This document shows positions 42,301 to 56,864 of a stretch of DNA of 64,000 bases, in pieces. Numbering within the stretch: position 1 is the stretch's first letter; the number at the start of each line of letters is the position of its first letter. The position numbers and the translations under genes were made by a program. The notes below the pieces were generated by a model. The model saw only the letters and a list, made by a program, of their open reading frames with translations. It was not told the DNA's origin and made no database searches. Source of the DNA: Syncephalis fuscata S228 (Eukaryota > Fungi > Zoopagomycota); assembly GCA_025786725.1 (NCBI GenBank), contig JAHLTZ010000009.1, positions 434,001 to 498,000 of the forward strand, given 5' to 3'.

Positions 42301-45300
42301 GGTGATATTGATTTGTTGATACAAACAACTAAAAGTGATAGTAGAATGTGGTTGGTATAAAGTGTATAGCAGTGTTTGTTTAGCAAGAAGTAATGATGAT
42401 GGTATTGCAGTTGGTTGTGTATATTTTGCGGGCTATTTAAACTTACGGCTATGTTGAGATACTAGTATGCTGTAATATATGAGGTACACTACTGATGTGT
42501 AGTATGAGCCAATAAAGCAATCCAAATAATGACCTGGGGCACGCGTATACCAATGGATTCATGGTGTGATAGCATACTTCCTAGGCTTAATTTCGACCTG
42601 CTCAGTCTTGGTTTCAACTTGCCCGGTCTTTACTACAATCTGCTAGCCATTTGCACGAATGATGTAACAATGTTCATAACCCAGTACATGTGTGGTAGAT
42701 ATAGACATATTCGCCTGTATTTTCTGTTACCCGGTCTAACTATCTAGTAAAAATAAGTATATTGTTTGGCTTTGTAAAAACAATAATGACATCTTTATTG
42801 CCATTTCTACTGATTTGGTTCTCAATATCTGTTGCATACAGAATAGCACACAACATTGATGCAAAAACAAGCTTAATATATCAAACTGGTATTTTTATAC
42901 AGGTTTTTGCTGCCATGCATAAATCAGTTGTAACTCCTTGAATTATAAAGTGTACTGATTGATACATGTATGCATTTCATTCGACGCCACACCCATTGTT
43001 ACAGGGGTAATCATTGTTTCAAGTTGACAAATGCATCATATCCAGGTATATCATGCCGCATGTTGTGCAGCTTCCATTATTCAGATGGCAGCTAATTCAA
43101 ATCCTTTGGAACCGCCTATACAATAAGTACTGTTTGTAGCATGATGCATCACAGCATTTTGAGCAATGAAACATTCCAGCAAGCTATTTTATCAGTTTTT
43201 CAGCTGTAAACTAAATTGTATTATTTAAATTACACGCAATACAATATGCAAACACTAGACTAGACACAATAGAAAGTCCTAACCAAATATTAGCAATTCC
43301 GAGTGCATAGTGGCTGTGGATTGCATATAAACAAATAATCATTTAAGGCCTAACTGCTGCTTACATTCCTGAAACCAGTTGTGGCAAGTTAAGCAAGATA
43401 GAACATAGAAGAACAAGCCGAATCAGAAACCAATGGAAAAACACTTGACAGCTCAAATGTTTATTGTTTTGACCTATAGCAAATCATTATTGGCATACCA
43501 TGTTAGACTGCGTTTATCAAAAGCTGGCTGTTGATGACACAGCTAGAACAGCAGCAACGTTAAACCGAAATAACCCACAAAAAAACAGAGAGATGTAAAT
43601 AAAATTCAATCAATAAGTTTTAGTAATTAAATAACTTATTATTGTCACTATACTTTATAATTCCGGTTGTTTGTATGGACAAATACTTACAATTACATTG
43701 TGACTTCTTATATACTCACATTTATACGACCACCAACTAAGCCAACTACTATAAGACTTAATCTAATTATCTATCAAAGTAAGCAGCTAATATTACACAT
43801 TATTGCAATAATAGAAAAACAGATTTATTTATTGGCCATTAATAAAATATTATAGCTATATATTAAAATAAAACAAAACATTGGATTGAGCGCGTAATAT
43901 TTACACGATCAAATCATTTTTACTTTGAATTTCACATTTTAAATTCTCAAAGCAAAATTGGTTTTAATTGAAGTCATACTGGTATGTACAGGAAACATAG
44001 TTATAATGTTTTCATTTAACTGATTTAAAACATTTGAGGCCAATCATTGCTGCTGTTGGCCATGTGTAGAAAGATTGATTGAATATTAATAAAAGTCATT
44101 GATTGCGATTCCATATTGTTCCGCAGTTGTTATTGTTGTTACTACGTATAGTGTGGTTTCCTTGCGTCTAAATGGTTTCTTCTATTTTCCAATATTCTAC
44201 TGTTGCATTTTGGGCATATTTGCAATGTAAGATACTCGTTTATGGTGACAAAAAAGGTAGGACGACTAGCATTTCTGATGTTCACCATTGTCTTGAACAT
44301 CCTTAATATCAATTTGGTAGGCGCAGTTTATTTGCCGACCATTGATGAAGCAAATGGCCTCCACCATATGCAATAATGATAGGTTAAGCTTATTCATCAA
44401 GAAGATCTTGTGGCGACAGGTGTAACCAAAATACGCGGCATGCCGTTGGGATTACTTGAATGGGTGTTGATGAAATAATAGAAATAAAGACTAGGTATTA
44501 AATAGTGTTTTTTATTAATGTTCAGATACACATGCTATTTATATTGTTATATTCGGCATTATCGTATAATATATTGCTGAATAGAGCAATAAGATAGCGA
44601 TAAGAAAAAGATGGTGAAATAAGTAAATAAAAAAAGCGGGAGTCAAAATACAATAGCTTTGGCCTAATAATTGTAATAGTAATTATCATAAAAGCAAAGC
44701 CGTTTTGATTATCACAGAGATTAAAATGTTTTATAATTCTTTAAACAGTTATATTTACTAAATAATATTTACATTGGCGTTTAGTTTGGTGATGAATATA
44801 AAAAATGGTGTTGGTAATGTAACAACATCTAAAACGTTGTTTTAACTAAAGTCCTCATTATAGTAATACAGTTTAATTTACAATTGTTAAATAAGAATAA
44901 GTATAATGTAATTATACAATATATAAACATGCATATGCAACCTGTTATTTATTAAAATAAATAAAATGCTTTATTAATAAGCTTATAATCATATTAATAG
45001 ACATTGCGCGCTCATAAACAAGCAAATACAATTGTAAATAAAGAAAAATCATAATGTAATGTTGAATTGGAATCGATATAAGATATTGCAGTAACAGCGA
45101 TTAGTCATTTTCATATTATAAAGCAACAACAATTATAATGACCAATAACATTAATAATTCTACTATTATTATAATTAAAGTACTTTAAATATTACGCAAT
45201 CCTTTTACGATAAACAATATAATAAATATTTAGCTTCAATATACATATTATAAAATATAATTATCTGGCACGCAGTATAATAAATAACTAGCATTGTTAA

Positions 45301-45997
45301 TATATTTATTACCAAGTTTTAGCATTGCTTTATATTAATACTGTAGAATAGAAATTAGAATATGCACAATAGTATAGTACTTGTTTACAACAGTATTTAT
45401 TTAATTTAATTCTGATAATCTACCTAAGCAACTGTACTGCAATAGCAATACGTAATTCTGTCTGTAGGTTTTCAAGACAAGTCAATTCCAGACATACATG
45501 GTGTCAACATAAAAATCACCTATCACTGACCAAGAGCTCAGGCGAGCTATGCTAGTTACCCACCTAAAATTACTAAAAACGGCACAATGCATGACATGGC
45601 ATGAGCTGCATAATCTGAACGGATATTCGCTGCTGTACTGTTGTTGAATAAAAGATTTTACAAGAACTTAATGAGTTTATTTTTTATCTATTATTCGTCA
45701 GCATTAATGTCATAATGTTGCTGTGGCACAGTATTATCCCAAGTTTAATATTTTACTTATTATTTGGTTCAACTTGTAATTGTTGTTAGCTTGGATGTTG
45801 TGTAGTGCAGCAGTTGATGTTGCGTACATAATTGACTGAATATTCATGTACCGCATCAGTTAATATGCATGAGGAACAAAAACTGGTAATGCCCTTTGCT
45901 CCAAATATTTTATTGTGATACACTCAAATTTATGCTATTGTACTTTTATTATTTTATCATTTACGCACTACTATTTTCACAATATACAAAACCAAAA

Positions 45998-46973
45998 ATG
46001 CCGTTTATTAATTATACCGACCCAAAGCAAACCGAATGGAAACATGGTGCTACAAAGCAATGGGGCATACTGCTCAATCCACTTGGCGAAATGAGTGTAT
46101 CTGATTTTTTGATGGAGGCTTCAGGTCATATCTACGAGCAGCGTCTTCGTTTATCGGGCGTGCAACTTCAAATTGTAGTTTCTATTATAACATTTTGTAT
46201 TTTTACACACAATATTCTTGTAACTACCAAAATGACCATATTACGCTCAAATAGCATGTTTTCATGGTGCTGTTTACTACTCGCTATTAATGGCAGTACA
46301 TATAGTATAATGTTTACATCCATGCTAATGGGCTATGGCCTTAATTGTAGAATGCTGGTATGGTCAGCCGGGTTTTTTACTTCATTAGGAATGTTTTTCA
46401 ATAGCCTAACTCTTCTTTAAAAGTCCGTTTGGTTCTCTATCAAAAAAAGTGGATCACTTATGTTGGCATTCTTTTTATATTACCACACCTAGGCTATGCT
46501 TTTATCATGATATACAACTCTTTTTTTACTTTAGAGCCTCTACTCGGCTGCGCCATCTACTATCCACCTATTTTTCTTTGGTACTGGATTGGTGTAAATA
46601 CACCTATCAATGTGTTCTTTTCAACCATATTCTGCCGTATTGCTTTAAAGCAGTATCGTTTGTTTGGATCTGATGCGTGGAGGCGACTAGCACGGGATGG
46701 GATACAGACAGTATGTCTGGCATTATTAACCAATATTATTTGTTGCACCCTTATAATTAGTCGTTTCGACGATGCTAATAGCGATATGCTTTTTTCCATC
46801 GACTGGTAAGCATTGATAATTAATTGCATGTATATATCTAATATATTTTTAGGATGATTGTTGCAACCATATTGATTAGACATTGTGAGAAGATGGGAAA
46901 TAACAATCAATCTGCGTATCGTCCCAAGACTTATAATATACTGCATCTATCTCAAATTGTCACTGCAACCTAA
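45998..46973 (+). CDS. GPCR-like multi-TM family, type A copy 3
   Basis: ORFs 45896-46420 and 46429-46809 with one indel near 46417. Intron after SIDW, last exon ends SQIVTAT*. Confidence 0.75.
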
Positions 46974-47735
46974 ATAAGCTAATGCGTCAATATGTTACAT
47001 CTATCTAACTTATTATAAATGCGGATTGTATATAGGCAATACAATATTAAAGTAACTTCAAATTCTTTTATAAAAACATTACAATTGTTATTTACAAATT
47101 GCATTTAAGAGTATGTCACTAATTAACACTAGATAAATCGACAATGGTATATAACTAGCGGTACAAATAATTTGGATAGAAATGGTAGGTTTGATAAGCG
47201 AAGCACTTGTTTTATTTTTATTAAACTGGTGGTTTGTTGGTTTATATTCTAGACTATGCTACTGTGATTTCTATTATTTAACAAGTTTAACTGTTATGTC
47301 TTTGCGCAAATCGATCTATGGATGAAAGACAAGGTATCAATTTTACATAATACCTATTCAATGTACCATTTTATCAATAAGCTTATTGTTTACTAGTGAT
47401 ATAGTATATAGAAACACCTTTAGTGTAGAATAGCCTTTATTGTATCCATACTGATGAACATGTTCTATAATATACCAACTTGTTGGATAAATAGCTGTTC
47501 TTACACTTTGTTTAGTACTTTGTGTTTTTATTGACAGCTACTCAACAGTAGAATAGATAGCTAACAATATGCTATTATTATATATAACTGATACTGACAA
47601 ATAATAAACCTTTTCTCTTTGCTTCAAATGATCTGTTTTTACTTAGCTGCATCTCTATAGTCGATCTGGTATAATGATTTAAAGATAACGTATTGCTTTG
47701 TTGTTTATATCTATATTGCTATATTTTAATTTAAA
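46650..47735 (+). repeat. About 1.1-kb near-identical duplicate of about 3780-4850, part also at about 10720-11110
   Basis: Direct comparison of the 3' coding part and the long 3' non-coding flank. Confidence 0.85.
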
Positions 47736-47917
47736 TCTTTGTTGGAACAAAAATTTATAATTACATATTAAAACTTTTAACACTAATTAGGTCAAATATA
47801 ATATTCAATGTCTCATGCTTATAGATCAATTGGCGTTTATAACATGAGTTTTATAAATTGTTCATAATAAGATCATTTTTGTAGGCATTATTTAATGCTT
47901 TTAACAAAAAGATTCAT

Positions 47918-48475
47918 TTAACTCTCTGTCATGAATGGATTGGCGATCTCTTCTGAACCATCCAACGGAGACAATAATGTTACGGCTGTACCACGACACA
48001 CTACTAAACCCAGTGAACGTGTCTTATCAAGCAAACGAAAATGATTTTCCGGATCTATATTCATTAATCTATCAATAATAGAATCAAAATACAAGCCAGC
48101 TATTACTTACCACGCAAATGCTCCTCAGCCTCATCCAGCACAAGATTTAATAGAGGATCATGTCCCTTTAACACACCAGTTACTATTTATATCCATTAGC
48201 TATATTGTTCCATACTTTTATTTAATGACAAGCTATTACCTTCACGTCCACCAGTAAATTTAATGCGCACTTGTGTGTCCATATACTTGGTCAGATCCAG
48301 AATGGCCTCTTTCTTTGGTCGGTTGTCACTACCGGCACCGCCATGGCCACCGCCGCGACCACCACCACGACCGCCACCACCACCGCGTCCACGACGTCCC
48401 TATAAGTTGGCATGTAAGCTAAGCTATACATATATCTATTTATCATAGCAGTGCACCACTTACCCGATCAGCCAT
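47918..48475 (-). CDS. LSM7: U6 snRNA-associated Sm-like protein Lsm7 with RGG-rich N-terminus
   Basis: KKEAILDLTKYMD...KFTGGREVTGVLKGHDPLLNLVLDE...RSLGLVVCRGTAV...DGSEEIANPF, three introns. Confidence 0.93.
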
Positions 48476-48913
48476 GATCACTAGTAATAAACAAAAACTA
48501 GACTATTTAGAACGTGGAATCACCCAAAGACAGTCAAATATGCCGTTCAAAACTGTCAATAGGAAAGAAAAGTAAAAGATAAAAGCACTATTGTGTGTGT
48601 GTGTGTTTGTGTGTGCTATGAAAATAAACAACTAAGTAGCCAGGAGAGTGAACGAGTGTAAACAGTGAAAAGAACAACAACTGACGTGTCACCACCACAC
48701 GTCTTGATTGTCTATGGAGAAAGTTAGCCACGACGTATTTCCCCTTGCTTGTCCAGCTTCTTCTTTCTTTCTTTCTTTCTTTCTCTTCGTTAATCATCGA
48801 TCGTTAGCGCGTTGTGATTGAAAGAAACGCGCCTATCGTCACTTTTACTTTTTACTATTAGTTCGTGTATTGCTGCTGGCACCTGTCTAATCTGTAACGG
48901 ACGAGCAACTACT

Positions 48914-51900
48914 ATGCAAACGCAAGTTGATAGGGCGCGGTCCAATTAAATAGACTATATGCTAACGTGTGGTACCCATTACAGACTAGTGGCCTCAAAG
49001 TCTATTGTGGCTGCGTCCACCTATATAAAGCAGCCATTTACTGCTTGGTGGTATGTCTCGCCCTTCTTCGTACTATATCCATCGTGGGTAGCTGTCTACC
49101 AGCATGCCTATGAGCAATATCTTGGTTCGGAAGAATGGACATTTCTTACACTTGGTGGACTCATAACCGTGCATATACTTATGTATTTGGCTTCACAATG
49201 GAGTGTGACTGTCCGTGTACAAATGACGTGTGCTAAGGTAGATACACCTTACTGTCTATCTATTATAGAGATTAAACAATATTGTGGTATTTAGGAATTG
49301 AATATTAATAGGGCCGATATAATTTGTATTATACCAGCTGCTCATAAAGGCAAAGGCGTATTATGTGATATTAAACGTACACCGGTAATTTACATATTTA
49401 TTAAGTGTATACATTGCTTAAATAGTATTATTGCTATATGTATATAGAATGAAATTTACTTTTTACTTCACCAAAAAAAGTATATTTACCAAGAAGAGAA
49501 AAAACGATTTGAAAAGTTAACCTATCCCACCGATCATGATGTTACTATGGGCGAGTTACAACAATCCACTGGATTAACCTCTGTTGATCAAATTAATGAA
49601 ACGACAGAAAAGTATGGTTATAATCGGTAGGCATTAGATAATTAATATGATTAATAGTAAATTAATATGTATATAATATGTATAAATACAATAACAGATT
49701 TGAAATTCCATTACCTTCATTTCAAGAATTGTTTAAAGAGCACGCCATTGCCCCATTCTTTGTATTTCAAGTATTCTGTGTGGGTCTATGGTGTCTAGAT
49801 GAATATTGGTATTATTCCATGTTTACATTAGTAATGCTTGTGGGATTTGAATCAACGGTAGTCAGTCAGGTAAGTATATATATATAGCGGGTATATGTTT
49901 TACTAACATTATTTATTAATATAGCGACTAAGAACATTAAAAGAATTTCGATCATTTTCATTAAAACCATTTAAAATTAACGTATTTCGCCAACATCGAT
50001 GGACCCAAATCAATTCAGATGAATTACTTCCACAAGACATTTGTTCTATAGGTAATAGTTGACGGCAATACCATTATTAAGTAGATGATTAACCTTTTAT
50101 GAGTATAGTTCGTTCTGAAGGTGAAATGGGTATTCCGTGTGATATGATCTTATTAGAAGGTGATTGTATTGTCAATGAGGCCATGTTATCAGGCGAATCG
50201 ACACCACAAGGCAAAGAATCGATTGCACTTCGATCAGTCGAGGATAGTCTAGATGTGACAGGAGGTGATAGACTTCACTTACTATTTGGTGGCACTAAAG
50301 TGTTACAAGTTAATTCACCACCCAATACAAGTATGAGAGCCACTCCTGATGGTGGATGTGTAGCGCGTGTTTTAAAGACTGGATTTGGTACATCACAAGG
50401 CAAACTTATTCGTACTATGGTATTCAATACGGAACACGTATCGGCCAATAACGTTGAAGCATTCTTGTTTATTGGATTTTTATTAATCTTTGCTATTATC
50501 GCTGCAGCTTATGTCTGGATAGAAGGTAAACATAGAGTGCAATGATAGATGATGAATGATAACTAATTTATAATTGATTAGGATCACAAAATGTTGATAG
50601 AAAACGATCTAAATTGATTCTGGATTGCATTATGATTATTACTTCAGTTGTACCACCTGAATTGCCTATGGAATTATCATTGGCTGTTAATACATCTTTA
50701 GTAGCTTTATCAAGATTTGGTGAGTGTTTAATATAAATTGATTGTTATTTAGCTATTAACTATTGATATCATTTAGCCATTTATTGTACTGAGCCATTTA
50801 GAATTCCATTTGCTGGCAAGATTGATATTTGTTGTTTTGATAAGACGGGCACATTAACTGGAGAGAATTTGGTTGTTGAGGGTATTAGCGGTATTCGGTA
50901 AGATAGAATAGAATATATACACTGTAGATATTAAACGGATAGCACCCTTTTAATTATAATTATTTTGAATATATTAGAGATGATTCTACTGAATTAGTTG
51001 ATCCACAATCAATTCCCCATGAAACAACCATGGTATTGGCAGCAGCACATGCTCTTGTTCAACTAGATAAAGATATTATTGGTGATCCAATGGAGAAGAC
51101 AACTTTAGAAGCAATTCAATGGCAACTTGAAAAAGGTTTGCATTAATACTGTTATACTATTACAATAGCTAATATAATTTATGATTATTATTAACAGATA
51201 CTATGACACCAAAAGAGAATAAGGGAACACGATCATTAAAGATTCGTCGTCGATTCCAGTTTAGTTCAGCACTTAAACGTATGTCTACTTTATCTGTTGT
51301 ATCAGATCGTAAGAATGAATGGCTAGTTGCCGTTAAAGGCGCACCAGAGACATTACAGCATATGTACGACCATGTACCATCCTTTTATGAAGAGACTTTT
51401 AAATATTTTACCCGTCGTGGCTCACGTGTATTAGCACTTGGATATAAAGTAATGCCAGCAAGTAAAGATGTAAGTTATGATAACTATGTTAATAATATTA
51501 TATTATATATTATATATTATATATTATTATTATTATTAACGATTGGTATATTAGATCAATACAATTGATCGTGAATCAGTGGAATGCAATTTGATATTTG
51601 CCGGTTTTCTAGTCTTCCACTGTCCACTAAAGGAAGACACCAAGAAGGCCATCGATATGTTGAATCAATCAGCACATCGTGTAAGTATCTAATATATTTG
51701 ATTTACCACTTATTCACCTATATCTATAATGACAGGTCATTATGATTACAGGAGATAATCCATTGACTGCATGTCATGTGGCACGTACATTGGATATTGT
51801 AGAACGACCTGTATTGATCCTTGATACAGAGGAGGGAGATGAGACTGGAGAAAGTATGTCATTAGTATATAGTGTACAATTAGATAATTAACAGTATAAT

Positions 51901-53755
51901 CAGCATTGGCATGGCAGAGTGTTGATGAATCGATTAAATTACCAGTGGATGTAAAATGTTCAAAATTAGACATGGCATCCATTGAGAATTACGATTTATG
52001 TTTAACAGGTGGGGCCATACGTATTATTCAAGATACACCCCTTCTATTGGACTTGCTATCTCATGTTTGGGTATATGCCCGTGTATCACCAGCACATAAG
52101 GTAGATAATATATAGTAATGATATAGGCATAGCATCTAATTAGAACTATAGGAAATGATACTGACTAGTATGAAACGACTGGGCTACACGACACTTATGT
52201 GTGGTGATGGTACAAATGATGTGGGTGCTTTGAAACAAGCTCATGTTGGTGTTGCTTTGTTGGATGGCAAACCCGAGGATTTGGAACGAATTGCTGCCAA
52301 ACAACGTATTGAGCGATTGAAGAATATGTATGAACAGCAATGCTCTATGGCGGAACGATTTAACATGGCTAAACCACAACCACCAGCACCTATTGCTCAT
52401 TTATATCCAAATGCTACACAGCCACAACAACAGCACAGCAACAACAAGTAGGTCGATCTAATCGAGGTAATCGAGGACAAGTGACAGCACAGCAACAACA
52501 ACAACAACAACAACAACAACGCATGGTAAATAATAGATGCATATAGTATATTTATTATTAACAATTAGTAGACGGCAGCTTCACAAATGGCTGAACAGTT
52601 AATGGGCGATTTAGATGATGATGTTCCAACGATTAAATTAGGTGATGCTTCAGTAGCTGCTCCATTTACATCAAAACTATCCACTGTTATGTCAAGTAAG
52701 TTTATTAACATCGATATATATATTAATCAACTAATCAACCCTATAATAAATGGCACTGAATAGTCTGCAATATTATTCGACAAGGCAGATGTACTTTGGT
52801 GGCCACATTACAAATGTACAAGATACTCGCCTTAAACTGTCTTATTTCGGCCTTTAGTCTTAGTGTTCTCTATCTTGATGGCATTAAATACGGTGATTGG
52901 TAAGTATTCGCTAATAGTCATTATAATACTAATGACCATTTAACTAGGCAAGTAACCATATCTGGTATGATGATGGCGGTATGCTTTTTGTGTATTTCCC
53001 GAGCCAAGGTATTTAGTATACTATTGGATTAAATTATAATTAAAAATGAAACAATAGCCACTTGAAGGATTGTCTGAGAAACGTCCTCAAACCAAGATAT
53101 TTAGTTGGTATTTAATGACGTCACTATTAGGACAGTTTGCCGTGCATATTGCTTCATTGGTCTATATAATGCAGCTTTCTAAAGAACTTGAAGAGTAAGT
53201 AGTAAACAAGTAGTAGTATTGGTAATGGATATCGATGCTTATGGCTATTATAGACAAAACCAGTAGATTTAGATGGAGAGTTCGAACCGACACTACTAAA
53301 CTCTGCCGTCTATTTAATCTCTCTATCTATGCAAGTATCCACATTTGCTATCAACTACCAAGTAAGATCGATTGAATTATTATAATACTTATACTAATAA
53401 CATTTATAAAAGGGATATCCATTCCGTGAAAATCTCAAAGATAACTCGACTTTGTATAACGGATTATTAATTGTCGGTGGTATTGCTTTCTGCGGTGCTA
53501 CAGAGATTATTCCTGATCTTAATAATGGACTCCAATTGGTGCCATTCCCTGCTGGTGTAAGTAATCTACGTAAATAGTAATAGATATGCAATATATTAAC
53601 ACTAATGATAGTTCTCTCAACGATTGACTGTGGTTATGTTACTTGATTTCGGTATTGCATTTGCCATTGAGCGTACATCAAACTTTTTGTTTTATGATAC
53701 ACGTCCTAAACCCATTGCTCGTCGTCCGACTAAGGTTAACCAACCAATCAGCTAA
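48914..53755 (+). CDS. SPF1: P5A-type ATPase (ER transmembrane helix dislocase)
   Basis: [77 protein letters not shown]. Many short introns, start approximate. Confidence 0.95.
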
Positions 53756-54032
53756 CTAACTAACTAACTAATTAGCCAATAATTGCTAATAGTATAGCTA
53801 TTTCAATTAATAAAGTGGTACAAAACACAAATAAAAATGATATAATCATGTAACAGTATTGAATAAAAACTATGATATTAATGTTAGTAATTAACTAATT
53901 AATAAGAGTAACATAAATACGCTTAATTATTTCAGTTATAAATATCAATCCAATTGATGAATGACATTTGATTATCTTTTGAGTTACGTACACTCCTCAC
54001 CGGCCATTATCACACTTCTTTATTTCTTTACT

Positions 54033-55670
54033 ATGCGTCCCGAAAACACACTTGAACAACAATCGTTGACAATCTTAGAGGATGTCGGTCTTTATTTACA
54101 GGATTTTGTAGCCGGTAAGTAGCTTAACATAGATTGTAATGCATACCTGGTCTAAATAGAAGGCTTCAGGTCTGGATAATCTTCCCTCTGAGGTAATTCA
54201 TTTACTTGCCGAGTTACGTAAAAAAGAAGAGCAATTTCAAGGTATTTACTTGTGGATTGCATATAATAAAATAAACGATCAGCCTAACTATAGGTCTTTA
54301 TAGATGTAAGACGTAGAATCAAGAAGAGAGATCAGGATCTCAGTCGACACTATAAAGTCTATGGATATGCATTAAAATCACCATGTAGTATTGGTCTAAA
54401 GTTAACGCCAGAAGAACAGGCACTACTAGATACTAGTAATGCAACAAGCAATGATAAAGATAATAGCAATAGCACAACAGATACACCAAGTACTGTACTA
54501 GTAAAGAATGAAACTACAGATAAAGAAAGTACATCTGAGATAGATCAAAAGACTGTAAATACCAAGGATACACCTCAAACCACCAGTGTTAAAGAAAGTG
54601 ATGCATCTGAAAAGTCTAATCAGACCTCGGATCAACAATTAGAGAAACGACGACAATTGGAGAAAGATATGATTACGCATATTAGAGCAGATTTTGATCG
54701 GGCTCACATTTTGGCTAGTGAAAAGATTGAAATTACTAAACGAACTATTGAGTTGGTAGGCATTTATTGAATGATTATAGACACGCATCTCTAATTGATT
54801 GACCATATATTAGATTAATAGGCATATTAAACATTTAGATGCAGATATAGCACTTATTCTACCAGAGGATGAAATCAATTCATCGGCATCGGGCTTATTG
54901 AATCTTCGACGACAACATCGGAACAGACATAGTGGTAATGCATCTAATACCAATACAATAATATCCAGTATGACTAATCGATTAGGGGGACATATAGCAA
55001 TGACCTCAGGTAATACAATGAATGGACGATCTATGGCCGACTCTAATGGTGGTGATGTATTTGCAGATGGCACTAATGACAATCCAGGTAAGAATGATAG
55101 AGTAAGGTGTATTGTATAGGTAATTTATAACTATACTAGGCTCATCGCATACACCACTAAGTCCAGCAAGTAAGTAGTTGGTCATGAACTGGACTAAATA
55201 CTTATATTTTAATTAAGGAAATCGAATACTTAATGGACCGCGTGGACGACCAAATACTAATGGTTCGTTTGGTGTTCCCAAGAAGCGTATGTCATCAAGT
55301 AGCACGCCTATGGTGATTCAAACATCGATAACCAATGATAATCAAATTATCGAGGAGGTAGTCGATGCCAATGGAGAAGAGCCATTGTATTGCATGTGTC
55401 GACAGGTAAATAGTTGTATGAATTTAATACAATATTTTAATATATAAATAATAGGTATCTTATGGCGATATGGTGGCATGTGATAACGACGATGTAAGTA
55501 TTGAATACGGTAGATGCAGTTAAACTGTATTACTAATGGCAATGTATAGTGTGAGTTTGAATGGTTTCATTATGAATGTGTAGGCCTTACAGAACCACCA
55601 AAAGGTGCTTGGTATTGTGTCTCATGTCTGACCAAGAACAAACGACAGCGCATGTTAGAAATGTCTTTGA
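54033..55670 (+). CDS. ING-family PHD-finger chromatin protein (Yng2/Pho23-like)
   Basis: N-terminal [11 protein letters not shown] domain. PHD finger [48 protein letters not shown]. Confidence 0.9.
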
Positions 55671-55735
55671 CATAAACTATGTTTTTATGTAAATTAAAAT
55701 AAACGTGTTATTATAACAAAATATAAGAGACTATA

Positions 55736-56593
55736 TTAATGATGATGATGATGACCAGAATGATCATGACCGGCGTGGTTATGGCCGGCATGGCTGTCAT
55801 GAGATGCGAGCGAACTGGAACTGCTAGTTCTTGAAAGGGTAGGGCGAGTTGGTCGTTGACTAGCGCCTAATGCTACGGCACAAGTACATCCGGGACAGCA
55901 TCCAATGGTTGAGGCTGTGGCACTCACTGCGGCAGCGGCGGTCTCTTGTTCATCGTGATCGTGGTCGTGGTCGTGGCCATCGTGGTCCTTTGACTTGGGC
56001 TTACTACGAAACTTTTTAATTACAGAGGTGCCCAAATGATTAAGAATATCAATAACTAGTACAGAAGTGCCTATATTGACGTCTAATTAGAACTAAACAA
56101 TAAAAAGTATTAGCTGCCTACCTGTAGCGATACCAACTACAGTTAACGCGGGCAATGCAACGGCGGGCGATGTAAGGAACGTGCTTAGCATTACTGAGCC
56201 CATACTTGTAGCGGCCACGGCACCGACCAATGGAACGTGTTCGGCAAGATAATCCTTAAATTTGGCACTAGTAGCGTGCTTGTTCAACCATTTGGTAACC
56301 TTTTCACGGGTAGTTGGATCGGTACTATTGGTAATGGCCACAATATTGGTGTCATTAAGCTTGAAGTTCATTATTTCCGTAACATTCTTGATGGCGTTCA
56401 CTTGAGTTGTATTTGGCTTTAGTTCCATTACAATATTCGTGGCATCGGATGGAGAGAAGAAGATATCTGACTCGACGGGTCTTTCTCGACGGAATAGCTT
56501 ATGGCTATCGGATGGACTGGCACTGGCTAGCAAGGCAACGCTAGAAATGGTAGAAATACCAGCAAAGATGGATAATAAAATAGAAGTGCGCAT
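55736..56593 (-). CDS. Secreted or membrane protein with hydrophobic hairpin and His/Asp- and Cys-rich C-terminus
   Basis: Signal peptide, FRR dibasic site, one intron near 56060-56120, DHDGHDHDHDHD, CCPGCTC, terminal HHHHH*. Confidence 0.7.
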
Positions 56594-56864
56594 TTTAAAT
56601 AACTATCGTTAATAATTCGTAAACAAGGGAATTAACCAACAATGTAGATACTAATGTCCCTTTCTCCGCAATAATAGCGACTGATTTATAGTAAAATCAA
56701 TTGTTAAAGCAAAAAAACACGCTTGGTTAAACTAATGACTACATTGTGTGTATACCCTTTAGGGTACTCTTTTATTGTACTTAAACTACTATAAAACCTA
56801 TAGGGTACTTGATGTGCAAGTGTAAATGAAAGTGTTATTAGGAATGTTGACGTATATTTGGCAA

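Noticed and set aside
44000-44470. Slightly GC-richer patch that might be a degraded gene
   Set aside because: No sustained ORF or recognisable motif on either strand.
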